This document shows positions 35,847 through 44,973 of a stretch of 64,000 nt of DNA, in pieces. Below the pieces are notes generated by a model. It saw nothing but the letters and a program-made list of their open reading frames with translations, was not told the origin of the DNA and did no database searches. The DNA is from Acidobacteriota bacterium. GTDB lineage: Bacteria > Acidobacteriota > Blastocatellia > Pyrinomonadales > Pyrinomonadaceae. Where the stretch lies: assembly GCA_023391155.1 (NCBI GenBank), contig JAEWBM010000029.1:10892-74891 (forward strand), in the 5' to 3' direction. Both the position numbers and the translations under genes were made by a program. Position 1 is the first letter of the stretch; each line of letters starts with the position of its first letter.

Positions 35847-36737
35847 CTATCTGAGGCTAGCCATCAACTCTTCACGTTCACCGACCGAGTTCAACAGGTC
35901 GATCTTATTCTGGTAGGCCGCGTACAGTATCTGCTTCGCCGCCTGGTCGCGCGGGTTCCGCCTTACGACCTGCTGCATTCGGCTGATCGAATCGTTCACG
36001 ATCGCCAGGTCACGTTCGAACGCGATCCGCGACGAAGGCGGCAGCACACGGTCTTTCTGCATCTCGACCGACGTATTTAGTTCCTCGATCGTTCGTATAT
36101 AACTTTCTTCGCCGGGCACATACTGCAGCGTCATCGCCCGCGGTTCATTGTTCTGGACCGACGTCCTGGTACGCACCGGCGGGCTGTATCGTGCCGTTTG
36201 GGCCACCGGCCTCGGCCGTTCGGCCGAACGGGGCTCTTCCACGGCCGTAAATGTAGCCTCTCCGTCCGGAACCGTGCTCACCGTGATTTCGCGCTGCGGC
36301 GGTGGGGCCGGCTGTGATGTCTGTACCTGCGGCGTCGTAACCGTTTGGGCTATTTCGTTCACATCGCCGCGGCCCGACAGGAAATAACTTCCCCCGATGA
36401 CCGACAAGACGATCACCCCGGCAGCCGCCGTCAACGACGGGCTTAGCAATTGAACGCTTAAAAATGCATATGCGCGTTCCCAAAATGGGGCTCGCGACCG
36501 TTCGGTCTCTATCGATTCGGAAATGCGGTCCCACAAACGGTGTGTCGGAACAAGTGTGTTGAGGTCGCGGTCAAGGGCTGCGAAAACGACGGAGTTCTCT
36601 TCTTCCGCATCGGCCAACAGGGCCGCGCACCCGTCACACGCATCGATATGGTATGTGATCGAATCGGCAAGTTCCTGCGACGCCTCACCGTCGAGGAACA
36701 TCTGTATCATGCCTTCATCTAAACACTCTCGTCTCAT
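35847..36737 (-). CDS. Anti-sigma factor (zf-HC2 type), single-pass membrane protein
   Basis: The N-terminal motif ITYHIDACDGCAALL fits H-x3-C-x2-C. There is one TM helix (LTAAAGVIVLSVIGGSYFL). It overlaps the sigma gene stop by 4 nt. Confidence 0.75.
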   Translation of the reverse strand: MRRECLDEGMIQMFLDGEASQELADSITYHIDACDGCAALLADAEEENSVVFAALDRDLNTLVPTHRLWDRISESIETERSRAPFWERAYAFLSVQLLSPSLTAAAGVIVLSVIGGSYFLSGRGDVNEIAQTVTTPQVQTSQPAPPPQREITVSTVPDGEATFTAVEEPRSAERPRPVAQTARYSPPVRTRTSVQNNEPRAMTLQYVPGEESYIRTIEELNTSVEMQKDRVLPPSSRIAFERDLAIVNDSISRMQQVVRRNPRDQAAKQILYAAYQNKIDLLNSVGEREELMASLR

Positions 36738-37336
36738 AACACCTCTTTACCCTTTACGCCGTAATATTTCGCAAATTCGTTTCGCGCCCTGGCGACAAAG
36801 GTCCCGATACTTTTTTCGTTAAGCGAAAGGCTCTCGGCGATCTCTCTGTAAGACAGCCCCTGTTGTTTCAGTACCAGACAGCTTCGCAGCGGCTCTTTTA
36901 CCTTGTTCAGTGCCTGTCTGATCTGGTTCACCTCGCTTAATTGTTCATACTCTGATTCGATCGAATATACCGCGTTTTCCCCTGTTTCTTTGACGTAATT
37001 CTCGTCTCGCGTGTTCGCCCTTATATTTCCACGCACCGTGTTCTTGGCCAGGTTTAACGCCACTCTGATCAGCCACGGCCTCAGCATCTCGGGGTCGCGG
37101 ATCGAATCCGAATGCTTATAAAGCCGAATGAAAACCTCCTGAGTGACGTCCTCTGCCAGCCCGGCATCGTGGACGACGGAGCGCGCCGCGCGAAATACGG
37201 TCCTATGGTGCAGCGTGAACGCCTCCTCAAAATCGACCTCTACTTTCGCCGCTGCGGCTGTTGTGCGCTCGGACATCGAGTCCACTAGAGTTTCCGTCAC
37301 TTTTCCCATTTCAGCATCGATCGAATGCTTCCACAT
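36734..37336 (-). CDS. ECF-family RNA polymerase sigma factor
   Basis: Region 2 (FEEAFTLHHRTVFRAARSVVHDAGLAEDVTQEVFIRLY) and region 4 (LVLKQQGLSYREIAESLSLNEKSIGTFVARAR). The start is uncertain (ATG at 37336, 37309 or 37276). The ORF-track start at 37474 would overlap the upstream gene. Confidence 0.85.
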   Translation of the reverse strand: MWKHSIDAEMGKVTETLVDSMSERTTAAAAKVEVDFEEAFTLHHRTVFRAARSVVHDAGLAEDVTQEVFIRLYKHSDSIRDPEMLRPWLIRVALNLAKNTVRGNIRANTRDENYVKETGENAVYSIESEYEQLSEVNQIRQALNKVKEPLRSCLVLKQQGLSYREIAESLSLNEKSIGTFVARARNEFAKYYGVKGKEVL

Positions 37337-37376
37337 AAGATACACCACTAAACGCGGTTTTGTGACAACGATCGGG

Positions 37377-38807
37377 TCAATATGGTAATACGACAGCGGC
37401 AGAACGAAGTTCCTCGGGTAAGGTGTCCGCCGGGGCCGCGGTGAGCAGGAAAAGGTGGGTCCCGGTGGACTCATTTATCGCGGTGGCCAGGCGTTCGAAC
37501 GGCTCCCCGTCGAACGCCTCTTCAAAGCTCGGCTCGACAACGGCCAGCCTCCGCAGGTCCTCGTATAGATGCTTGGGACCGATCCCTCCTTCTGCAGGAG
37601 TATCGTCCAGGATCAGCGTCACCTCCGCCTGCTCATCGGTAAAGTGTGAAACTAGCGAAGCGGCAAGGGTGACTGCCCGTTCAAACCTCTCGAGCTTTTC
37701 CGCCTTTCCCGCCTGCTCGGCCTCGATCGTCTCGCGAAGCGATCGCTTTGGCTTCTCGTCAGCGGGCAGCCGGGTGTCGAAAAATATGATCACCCGTTTG
37801 TCGTCTTCCGCGGCAAATTCCCTCACGACCAGGCTCCGCGACCGGGCAGTCGCTTTCCAGTCCACGCGCCGCATATCGTCGTTCGGATGGTAATCCCGCA
37901 ACGCAAGCAGGTCCTGTCCCGAGCCCCTCTTCATCGACATCAGGTCGCCCGTCTCAAGAGGCTGATCGTCCAGCTCATTCGTTATAGGCTCGATCGGCGG
38001 GAAAACGATCAGCTCCGTCTCGCGTGCCGAGAGCCGCCGCCGATGGCGAAAGAAAGCGAACGGGAACCGCGTCGAGAGCTCAAAATCCTTGATGATCAGC
38101 CGCCCTCGCTCCGGAAAAATATGCTCCGTCCGCCGCTCGACCGTTTCGCCGCGGGGAATGTGAACAAAATAATCCAGCGTCCGGCGGATAACCGGCGGCC
38201 GCGAAAGCCTCTCCGCTATCGCCCGCGGGAGCAATTTGCGCAGCTCCGGGGCTGCAGCGGATTCCTCCATCTCATTCCCCCGCACCTCCGCGATCACCGA
38301 AAAGCTGGGGAAAAACCGCTTGCGGTTATGAAGGCTGACCAGGATCGGCGTCACCTCGCCGGCAAATATCGTTTCCGGGAAGCGCATTTTCACATCCAGT
38401 TTCTTGACCGAGATCCCCCCCGCGATAAACCCCGCCACCATTGCCGCCGTCAGAAAAGAGAGCACCAGAAAAAGAAGATTATTGCCCGTGTTCCATGCAG
38501 AAAACCCGACGATCACGATCAGCCCCAGCATTATCGCCCCGCCCATCGTGAACTCGAACGGCAGGTTCATTTGCGACGCTTCCCTGCTCGCATTTCGTGC
38601 AAGCGGCGGGACAACAAAGATGATGATCAGTAGAACGAAAAGAAGCGAGACGCCCGCGGCGATCCCCGCCAGGCGTGGCTGATCGGTGCTATGAAGGTAT
38701 AGAGTGAGAACGGCAAGGCCGATCCCGCCGAGGATCACGCCCGCTCCAAGGATGCCGTTTCTGAGGTCGCGAAGACTAAAAAGCTGGCTAAGAGATCGAA
38801 GTTCCAC
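37377..38807 (-). CDS. DUF58-domain membrane protein (MoxR partner)
   Basis: Four N-terminal TM helices, plus the DUF58 signature LALRDYHPNDDMRRVDWKATARSRSLVVREF. Confidence 0.8.
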   Translation of the reverse strand: MELRSLSQLFSLRDLRNGILGAGVILGGIGLAVLTLYLHSTDQPRLAGIAAGVSLLFVLLIIIFVVPPLARNASREASQMNLPFEFTMGGAIMLGLIVIVGFSAWNTGNNLLFLVLSFLTAAMVAGFIAGGISVKKLDVKMRFPETIFAGEVTPILVSLHNRKRFFPSFSVIAEVRGNEMEESAAAPELRKLLPRAIAERLSRPPVIRRTLDYFVHIPRGETVERRTEHIFPERGRLIIKDFELSTRFPFAFFRHRRRLSARETELIVFPPIEPITNELDDQPLETGDLMSMKRGSGQDLLALRDYHPNDDMRRVDWKATARSRSLVVREFAAEDDKRVIIFFDTRLPADEKPKRSLRETIEAEQAGKAEKLERFERAVTLAASLVSHFTDEQAEVTLILDDTPAEGGIGPKHLYEDLRRLAVVEPSFEEAFDGEPFERLATAINESTGTHLFLLTAAPADTLPEELRSAAVVLPY

Positions 38808-38816
38808 CTGGGGTGT

Positions 38817-39830
38817 TTACACGGGGACGGCCACGGTCTGCAGTATATCGAGCAGTGCCTGTTCGGCTTCGCGAGTGCGGTTTCTTACGGCCGACGCTCG
38901 GGCGCTTACGATAACGCGATGGGCAAAGCACGGCAGCACCAGCCGCTTGATATCGTCGGCAATGCAGTAATCCCGCCCCTCGATGAGCGCCATCGATTGT
39001 GCCGAGCGGAAAAGTGCCAGGCTCCCCCGCGGGCTGATGCCCAGCTCGAACGCTTCCGACCGACGCGTAGCGTCCACGATCTTCAGCAGGTAATCGACCA
39101 AGAGCTCATCCACCCGGACGCGCGTGACCATCGCCTGCAGCACCTGAACGTCTTCCGCCGACAGCACCGGTTCCATCTTATCGAGCGGATCGGTCCTTTC
39201 GCGGTCGTGAAGTATCGCCCGCTCGTCTTCCATGCTCGGGTAGCCCATGTGCAGCCGCAGCATAAAGCGGTCGAGTTGTGATTCCGGAAGCGGATAGGTC
39301 CCGTGGTGTTCCGACGGGTTCTGCGTGGCGATCACGATGAACGGCTGCGGCAGCTTCCGCGAGACGCCCTCGACCGTCACCTGTTCCTCGGCCATCGCCT
39401 CAAGCAATGCGGATTGCGTCTTCGGCGTCGCCCGGTTGATCTCATCGGCAACAACGACATTTGAGAATATCGGCCCCGGCTTCCATTCGAAGTCCCCCGA
39501 CCGCTGGTCGTAGATCGATAAGCCGATCACGTCCGAGGGCAAAAGGTCCGATGTGAACTGTATCCGCTGTATCGAAAGATCGAGGGCGCGCGCCATCGCG
39601 TTCGCAAGCGTCGTCTTTCCGATCCCCGGCACATCCTCGATCAGCAGATGCCCCTGCGCAAGAAAGGTCACCAAGCCGAACTTCACCGTTTCGGTCTTGC
39701 CGCGGATCACCCCCTCGATCGCCGCCTGCAGCTCGCCGATCTTTTGCGCCGCGTCAAAACCCGCCATGGGCGGCGCTCCCGCGGGCGCGGCACTATCGAT
39801 CCAATCTCTCATCGCTGTGTCGGAAGCCAT
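38817..39830 (-). CDS. MoxR-family AAA+ ATPase
   Basis: Walker A EDVPGIGKTTLANAMARAL, Walker B VVVADEINRATPKTQSALLEAM, then IVIATQNP. Start taken at the ATG at 39830. Confidence 0.9.
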   Translation of the reverse strand: MASDTAMRDWIDSAAPAGAPPMAGFDAAQKIGELQAAIEGVIRGKTETVKFGLVTFLAQGHLLIEDVPGIGKTTLANAMARALDLSIQRIQFTSDLLPSDVIGLSIYDQRSGDFEWKPGPIFSNVVVADEINRATPKTQSALLEAMAEEQVTVEGVSRKLPQPFIVIATQNPSEHHGTYPLPESQLDRFMLRLHMGYPSMEDERAILHDRERTDPLDKMEPVLSAEDVQVLQAMVTRVRVDELLVDYLLKIVDATRRSEAFELGISPRGSLALFRSAQSMALIEGRDYCIADDIKRLVLPCFAHRVIVSARASAVRNRTREAEQALLDILQTVAVPV

Positions 39831-40050
39831 TAGATTCGGGCGGCGAAAAATGCGGCTCTTACAAAACTCGCCAATCAACTAGTTTACAGGATTCTTGTCC
39901 TAAAATGTATATCTATTCTCGTCCTGCACCGCCCCCGGGCCTCTGTCCATTACACGAACAGTTTGCAATATTGCGGCAAAAACATCTAAACTTTTGAAAC
40001 ACCGCCTGATGCTGTTCGTGTAAAGCAGTCGGAGGCACCCTATACGAAAT

Positions 40051-40530
40051 ATGAAGATCTATAGAAAATTGCACGCCGACCAGCGCGGTTTTAACCTGAT
40101 CGAGTTGATGATCGTTATCGCGATCATCGGAATCTTGATCGGCGTCGGGACCTATGGCTGGAGCGCGATGATGCAAGCCGGTAACGAGACGAGCGCTCAG
40201 CAGGCGATCCGAAACATTCAAACGCTGCAGGCTCAGTACGCATCGCGAAACAAGGGCCGCTTCGGCAATTTCGACGAACTTATCCGCGCCGTCAGTCTCG
40301 ATGAGAGCTTCGCCGGCGAACGGCCGATCGTCAATGGTTATATATTCACTTTGACGGTCGAGGAACCGACCGAGGGGCGCCCCGCGTTCTATTCGATAAA
40401 TGCCGATCCGCAGGTGGGCGAGGGCGTTACGCGTACCGGCACCCGGCATTTCTATACCGATTCGACTCTGTCAACCATCAGGGGCACCGACGAGAATCGC
40501 CCGGCCAAGGCCGACGACCCGTCAATTTAA
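40051..40530 (+). CDS. Type IV pilin-like protein (prepilin-type N-terminal cleavage/methylation domain)
   Basis: The leader MKIYRKLHADQRG is followed by FNLIELMIVIAIIGILIGVG, that is G/F cleavage with Glu at +5. A GGAGG SD is present. Confidence 0.8.
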   Translation: MKIYRKLHADQRGFNLIELMIVIAIIGILIGVGTYGWSAMMQAGNETSAQQAIRNIQTLQAQYASRNKGRFGNFDELIRAVSLDESFAGERPIVNGYIFTLTVEEPTEGRPAFYSINADPQVGEGVTRTGTRHFYTDSTLSTIRGTDENRPAKADDPSI

Positions 40531-40536
40531 CATTCA

Positions 40537-40611
40537 GCCGTCTTAGCTCAGTGGTAGAGCACTCGCTTCACACGCGATAGGTCAGAAGTTCAAATCTTCT
40601 AGACGGCACCA
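40537..40611 (+). tRNA. tRNA-Val: tRNA-Val (anticodon CAC) with encoded CCA
   Basis: Cloverleaf read by hand. Acceptor GCCGTCT/AGACGGC, D arm GCTC-AGTGGTA-GAGC, anticodon arm CTCGC-TTCACAC-GCGAT, T arm AGAAG-TTCAAAT-CTTCT, then discriminator A and CCA. Confidence 0.9.
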
Positions 40612-40623
40612 ATCATCAAAAAA

Positions 40624-40651
40624 AAGACACCCGTAAAAAGGTGTCTTTTTT
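40624..40651. terminator. Bidirectional Rho-independent terminator
   Basis: AAGACACC-cgtaaaaa-GGTGTCTT is flanked by an A-run on one side and a T-run on the other. It serves pilin/tRNA (+) and the small gene ending at 40656 (-). Confidence 0.7.
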
Positions 40652-40655
40652 ATCT

Positions 40656-40871
40656 TTATACTTCCTCGTCAGTTCGTGCGATTATAACTAAGGCACTCAT
40701 TTCGCCGGGCTTTTTAGGCCCCTTTGGCGGCGGATCCTTTGGCCGCGAAGGGTTGATCTTCGGCGGCGGATCTTTCGGCGGCGGCTTTTTCGGGCCCTTT
40801 TGGGCGTACGTGCCGAGCGATAGCCCCAACACGGCTATCGTCGCAAATGCAAAATGTTTCAGGATCTTCAT
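40656..40871 (-). CDS. Small secreted Pro/Lys-rich protein (71 aa, tentative)
   Basis: Signal peptide MKILKHFAFATIAVLGLSLGTYAQ, then KGPKKPPPKDPPPKINPSRPKDPPPKGPKKPGE. The ORF-track start at 40964 is probably too far upstream. Confidence 0.45.
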   Translation of the reverse strand: MKILKHFAFATIAVLGLSLGTYAQKGPKKPPPKDPPPKINPSRPKDPPPKGPKKPGEMSALVIIARTDEEV

Positions 40872-41119
40872 TTCTCTAATATTCTCCTCTTCCATTTCTG
40901 ACGCCCCGGGGAAGAGGGAAAGTCGCGTCATCCGCAATAAGTTTAGGCAACTAGGGTGCCACACATCGTTTATGACGCATAAGCCTATATAATGGTTGGA
41001 AAACTTTATATCATACCCTTAGCTGGCTTTACAAAAATTTACGTTTTAGGTGAAAGTCATACGAAATCGTGAATTTTACGTCATTTCGTGCATAAACTTA
41101 AAGACAGGATCCGATCATT

Positions 41120-41896
41120 ATGACAACATCCGGCACAGGCACTGACACATTCCGGGCGATACTCGTTCTCGCCGCAACCATCGGCACGATCGTTTTCAAC
41201 GCCCTCGCCGCCGCGGGCCGCATTGGCGGCGTCACCCCGGCCGAGATCTCGGCGAAATATCAGACCATGATCACGCCCGCCGGCTACGCATTCTCGATCT
41301 GGTCGCTCATCTACGTCGGCCTCATCGTCTTCAGCATCTATCAACTGCTGCCGGCACAGCTCGAACGCTACCGCAATTTACGTACCCTTTACATAATCAC
41401 GTGTGCGCTCAATTGCGGCTGGATATATTTCTGGCACGGCGACCGCATCGCCATCTGCCTGGCCATCATTGCGGCACTCGCCTTCGTTCTTTTCGCGATA
41501 AACTACCAGCTCCGGCAGACGACCTCGACCGGTGAGTTCTGGCTGGTCAAGGCCCCGTTCAGCGTCTATTTCGGCTGGGTCACCGCCGCCACCCTGGTCA
41601 ATTTCGCCATCATGCTCCAATATTTCGGGGTTGAAATGTCGACAGGTACCGAGACCGCCATGGCCGTCGGCCTGATCATCCTCGCGGCCGGGCTCGGCAT
41701 CGCAATGCGCGTGCTGCTCACAAACCCGCTTTATCCGGTTGCTGTCGCCTGGGCACTTACCGCCATCGCCGTTAAACAAAGCGGCAATACGCCCATAGTT
41801 GTAGCGGCCGCCATTGGGGTTATCGCATGCCTCATCGCCGCTCTCAGCTTCGTGATCAACCTTCCCTCGCGCGGGAGCACCGCCGTCGACGCCTAA
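41120..41896 (+). CDS. Polytopic membrane protein, possibly TspO/MBR-related (tentative)
   Basis: About 8 hydrophobic helices. The aromatic-rich motifs ITPAGYAFSIWSLIY, NCGWIYFWH and SVYFGWVTAATLVNF are recalled from TspO-related families. I could not verify this. Confidence 0.45.
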   Translation: MTTSGTGTDTFRAILVLAATIGTIVFNALAAAGRIGGVTPAEISAKYQTMITPAGYAFSIWSLIYVGLIVFSIYQLLPAQLERYRNLRTLYIITCALNCGWIYFWHGDRIAICLAIIAALAFVLFAINYQLRQTTSTGEFWLVKAPFSVYFGWVTAATLVNFAIMLQYFGVEMSTGTETAMAVGLIILAAGLGIAMRVLLTNPLYPVAVAWALTAIAVKQSGNTPIVVAAAIGVIACLIAALSFVINLPSRGSTAVDA

Positions 41897-41899
41897 GCC

Positions 41900-43426
41900 G
41901 TGAATTCCGGAAAGATCTGCATCTCGCTTGCCGAACCCACCGCCGCGGCGCTCGTCGAAAAACTTGGCCGGGCAAGTGGGCTCGCCGATGTCATCGAGAT
42001 CCGATTCGATCGCTTGGAGCCCGCTGAGATCGGCCGTGTCCTCGAATCACTCGCCGTTCTCGAGAGCCGTCCCGCGCTCCTCGCCACAAACCGTCCCAAA
42101 GACGAACGTTCGAATGCCGCGTTCGAATCCCGGGTCGCCTTTTGGCAACGGGTCCTGGCGACACGCCTGTTCCAATACGTCGACTTCGAAGACGACCTGG
42201 TTTTCGCCCTCACATACAACGACATTTTCGACCCCGAACTGCTCGCCGATGTCACGGTCATCGGTTCGCATCACAATTTTTACGAAACCCCGCCCGACAT
42301 CGGCCCTATTCTCAAACCTTTCGAGGCCGTCGACGATAGCCGCTTTCACTGCGATGCCGTCAAGATCGCCACAACCGCCAATTCTATAACCGACACGGTC
42401 GAACTCTGGTACACCCTTGACTGGGCACGGCATTACGGGCTCCGGGCGATCCCCATCGGCATGGGCGAGCCCGGCAAATGGACCCGCATTCTCGGCCTAG
42501 CACACGGGGCAATGCTTGCGTATGCCTCCCTCGACGACGAAGGAGCCACGGCTCCCGGCCAGATAACGGCACCTGATTTGTTCGAGGTTTACCGTGTCCG
42601 CGACCTCACCCGTGAAACCCGCGTTTACGGCGTCATCGCCGGCGACACCAGCTATTCCCTGTCGCCGTATATTCAGAATGCCGCGATCAGATCAGCCGGC
42701 GTCGATGCAGTTTTTGTGCCGCTCCAAGTCGACGACCTACGCGACTTTCTTCGCCGAATGGTGCTGCCCGATACCCGCGAGATCGAGCTCAACTTTGGCG
42801 GTTTCGCCGTGACCAATCCGCACAAGCGTTCGATCATCGAATATCTCGACGAGACCGACGATGCTGCACGCGCTATAGGGGCGGTAAATACTGTAACGAT
42901 CAACGATTCGAGACTTGTCGCCACCAACACGGACGCCGCCGGTTTCATCGAGCCGCTCGTTGAGATTCTTGGTGATATCCGCGGTTCTGAGGCTGCCGTT
43001 TACGGTGCCGGCGGTGCCGCACGTGCATGCGTTTATGCGTTGCGTTCGGCGGGTGCAGAGGTGCGTGTGCACGCCCGCGATCCTAAAAAAGCCGCGGCAT
43101 TGGCCACCGAGTTCGCCGTCGCGGCGGGCGTCGATATCGGCACGCCCGACATCTTCGTCAACGCGACTCCTGTAGGCACCCGCGGCTATCCGGAAATCTC
43201 GGTCCTTGCCCCCGATACGCTGGCCGGGATCGGCATGGTCTACGACCTGACATATAATCCTAGAGAGACGGTGCTGCTTCGCGAAGCAAAAGCAGCCGGC
43301 TGCAAAACCCTCGACGGCCTCGCGATGCTTGTCGCCCAGGGCGCGAAACAATTCGAATTATGGACCGGCCTGGACGCCGACCGCGATGCCATGGCCGCTG
43401 CGGCACTCGACAAACTTCAACGATGA
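41900..43426 (+). CDS. aroDE: Bifunctional type I 3-dehydroquinate dehydratase / shikimate 5-dehydrogenase
   Basis: The N-terminal half resembles AroD (ICISLAEP...VIEIRFDRLEP, GSHHNFYETP, catalytic-Lys context DAVKIATTA). The C-terminal half resembles AroE (VYGVIAGDTSYSLSPYIQNAA, FAVTNPHKRS, GAVNTV, NTDAAGF, VYGAGGAARA). The start is GTG. Confidence 0.85.
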   Translation: MNSGKICISLAEPTAAALVEKLGRASGLADVIEIRFDRLEPAEIGRVLESLAVLESRPALLATNRPKDERSNAAFESRVAFWQRVLATRLFQYVDFEDDLVFALTYNDIFDPELLADVTVIGSHHNFYETPPDIGPILKPFEAVDDSRFHCDAVKIATTANSITDTVELWYTLDWARHYGLRAIPIGMGEPGKWTRILGLAHGAMLAYASLDDEGATAPGQITAPDLFEVYRVRDLTRETRVYGVIAGDTSYSLSPYIQNAAIRSAGVDAVFVPLQVDDLRDFLRRMVLPDTREIELNFGGFAVTNPHKRSIIEYLDETDDAARAIGAVNTVTINDSRLVATNTDAAGFIEPLVEILGDIRGSEAAVYGAGGAARACVYALRSAGAEVRVHARDPKKAAALATEFAVAAGVDIGTPDIFVNATPVGTRGYPEISVLAPDTLAGIGMVYDLTYNPRETVLLREAKAAGCKTLDGLAMLVAQGAKQFELWTGLDADRDAMAAAALDKLQR

Positions 43427-44157
43427 AATTACCCCTTCAGCCCGAAGCTTTGAACTGCCCAAACTGCGGCGGTGCCGTGATGAGCGACCGTACGCAATGC
43501 GAATTTTGCCGCTCCCGTTTGAAGACCGTCGGCTGCCCTAAATGCCTTGGGCTGATGTTCCTCGGCAGCAAATTCTGTACTCATTGCGGTGCAAGAGCTG
43601 CCGCGGCCGTTGTCATCGACGGCCGTGACGCGGGCGAATGCCCCCGCTGCAAACGCCCTCTCGAGCACCTCGCGATCGACGGTGTCGCCGTCCGCGAATG
43701 CACCGCATGCGGCGGCTTCTGGTCCGATGTCGATACCTTCGAGAGCATCTGTGCCGACCGTGAACAGCAGGAGGCGGTCCTCGGCTTTATCGGTAGCGAC
43801 GCCCATCCGCACGCACATCCCGCCGCCATCGCCTACGTCCCCTGCCCTGATTGCAAACAGTTGATGAACCGAAGCAATTTCGCTCGTTCATCGGGCGTGA
43901 TAATCGACATCTGCAAACAGCACGGCGTCTGGTTTGATGCCGATGAGCTGCCGAAGATCATTGCTTTCATCACGAAGGGCGGGCTTGCCAAACAGCGGGA
44001 AAAGGAAAAAATGTCCATCGAAGACGAGCGCCGTAAGCTTCGTGACGATCAACGCCGCATGGCGATGATCGAACGACGTGCCGGCGTAAGCAAATTTGAC
44101 GATAGCGATAAAAAGTCAGGAGTCGGTCGGGTGATTAGCTTTTTGTTCGACGTTTGA
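43423..44157 (+). CDS. Multi-zinc-ribbon protein (TFIIB-type zinc-ribbon repeats)
   Basis: Four Cys4 modules: CPNCGG...CEFC, CPKC...CTHCG, CPRC...CTACGGFW and CPDC...IDICKQHGVWFDADEL. The tail is basic and coiled-coil-like. The ATG overlaps the aroDE stop (ATGA). Confidence 0.65.
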   Translation: MKLPLQPEALNCPNCGGAVMSDRTQCEFCRSRLKTVGCPKCLGLMFLGSKFCTHCGARAAAAVVIDGRDAGECPRCKRPLEHLAIDGVAVRECTACGGFWSDVDTFESICADREQQEAVLGFIGSDAHPHAHPAAIAYVPCPDCKQLMNRSNFARSSGVIIDICKQHGVWFDADELPKIIAFITKGGLAKQREKEKMSIEDERRKLRDDQRRMAMIERRAGVSKFDDSDKKSGVGRVISFLFDV

Positions 44158-44172
44158 TCAAGTGCTGCCTAG

Positions 44173-44913
44173 CTAGAGCACGACATCTTCCTCAATTTCC
44201 CAAGTAAACATCGGCTTTACGTTTCGGAGGGTTGGCAGCGGTCGGATGCGAATGGGCTTTCGGGTGATCTCCCCTTTCCCATCGTCATCTATATGTCCGA
44301 GTTCGATCGTCATTTGCCCGGTCGACAGATTGTAACTCCGCATCTCGATGTCGCCGGTGTTTCGTATTGTCGTAGTCTTATCAACCCCGATCAGCGTCAT
44401 CTCGCCATTCTGATAGCGAAATTTGTATGTCTGATTGCTCATCGACCAAGAGCCTGCGCTGTAGAACTCTTCAAAGAGGAATGTCAGAACGCCTCCCTTT
44501 ATCGTCATGTCTTGAAAGGGTTCGATCATTGTTGGGGAAGCGGCCGAAATCGCAAAAGAATTGTTTTGGACATGAAGCCGAAACCCTCTATCACCGTCGG
44601 CGAAAGCCACCGCGAGAATTCGGGGATTGGTGTCAAATTCAGATGTCCCAAAGCCATCATTCTTAAAAATGAATCGGCTTTCCGTTGCGTTGAATATTGC
44701 CGCGCAATCTGCCTTTCCATCACCATTGAGGTCACCCTCGGCCTTTGCCAGCACGGCCCAACCCTTCGGTGCAAAACCCTCGCATTTTGAAGCGGTCTGG
44801 GCAAGTGTAGGAAAGTCCGACTCCGTCGGCATATTCCAAGGTACTCCGTCGTCCTGCGCGATCACGCCGGAGACGAAGATGAGTATGATCAGCGACCGTA
44901 AAGTTTTCATCAT
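44173..44913 (-). CDS. Secreted hypothetical protein with an FG-GAP/VCBS-like Ca-binding motif
   Basis: Signal peptide MMKTLRSLIILIFVSGVIAQ, plus the motif DLNGDGKADCAAIF. Start moved to 44913. Confidence 0.5.
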   Translation of the reverse strand: MMKTLRSLIILIFVSGVIAQDDGVPWNMPTESDFPTLAQTASKCEGFAPKGWAVLAKAEGDLNGDGKADCAAIFNATESRFIFKNDGFGTSEFDTNPRILAVAFADGDRGFRLHVQNNSFAISAASPTMIEPFQDMTIKGGVLTFLFEEFYSAGSWSMSNQTYKFRYQNGEMTLIGVDKTTTIRNTGDIEMRSYNLSTGQMTIELGHIDDDGKGEITRKPIRIRPLPTLRNVKPMFTWEIEEDVVL

Positions 44914-44973
44914 CGATTTGTTAATATTCAACTTAACCTCAATTATGGGACGTTTGTCCGTCCGGACCTTTGC

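Noticed and set aside
39879-40050. Sigma-54 promoter in front of the pilin gene, as found in many type IV pilin genes.
   Set aside because: No TGGCAC-N5-TTGC-like element is present in the 170-nt upstream region; only weak sigma-70-like hexamers are seen.
40537-41119. tRNA-Val as an integration site of a genomic island.
   Set aside because: There is no integrase or excisionase. I saw no direct repeat of the tRNA 3' end downstream. The flanking genes look like ordinary chromosomal genes, and the accessory region is 13 kb away and not bounded by this tRNA.
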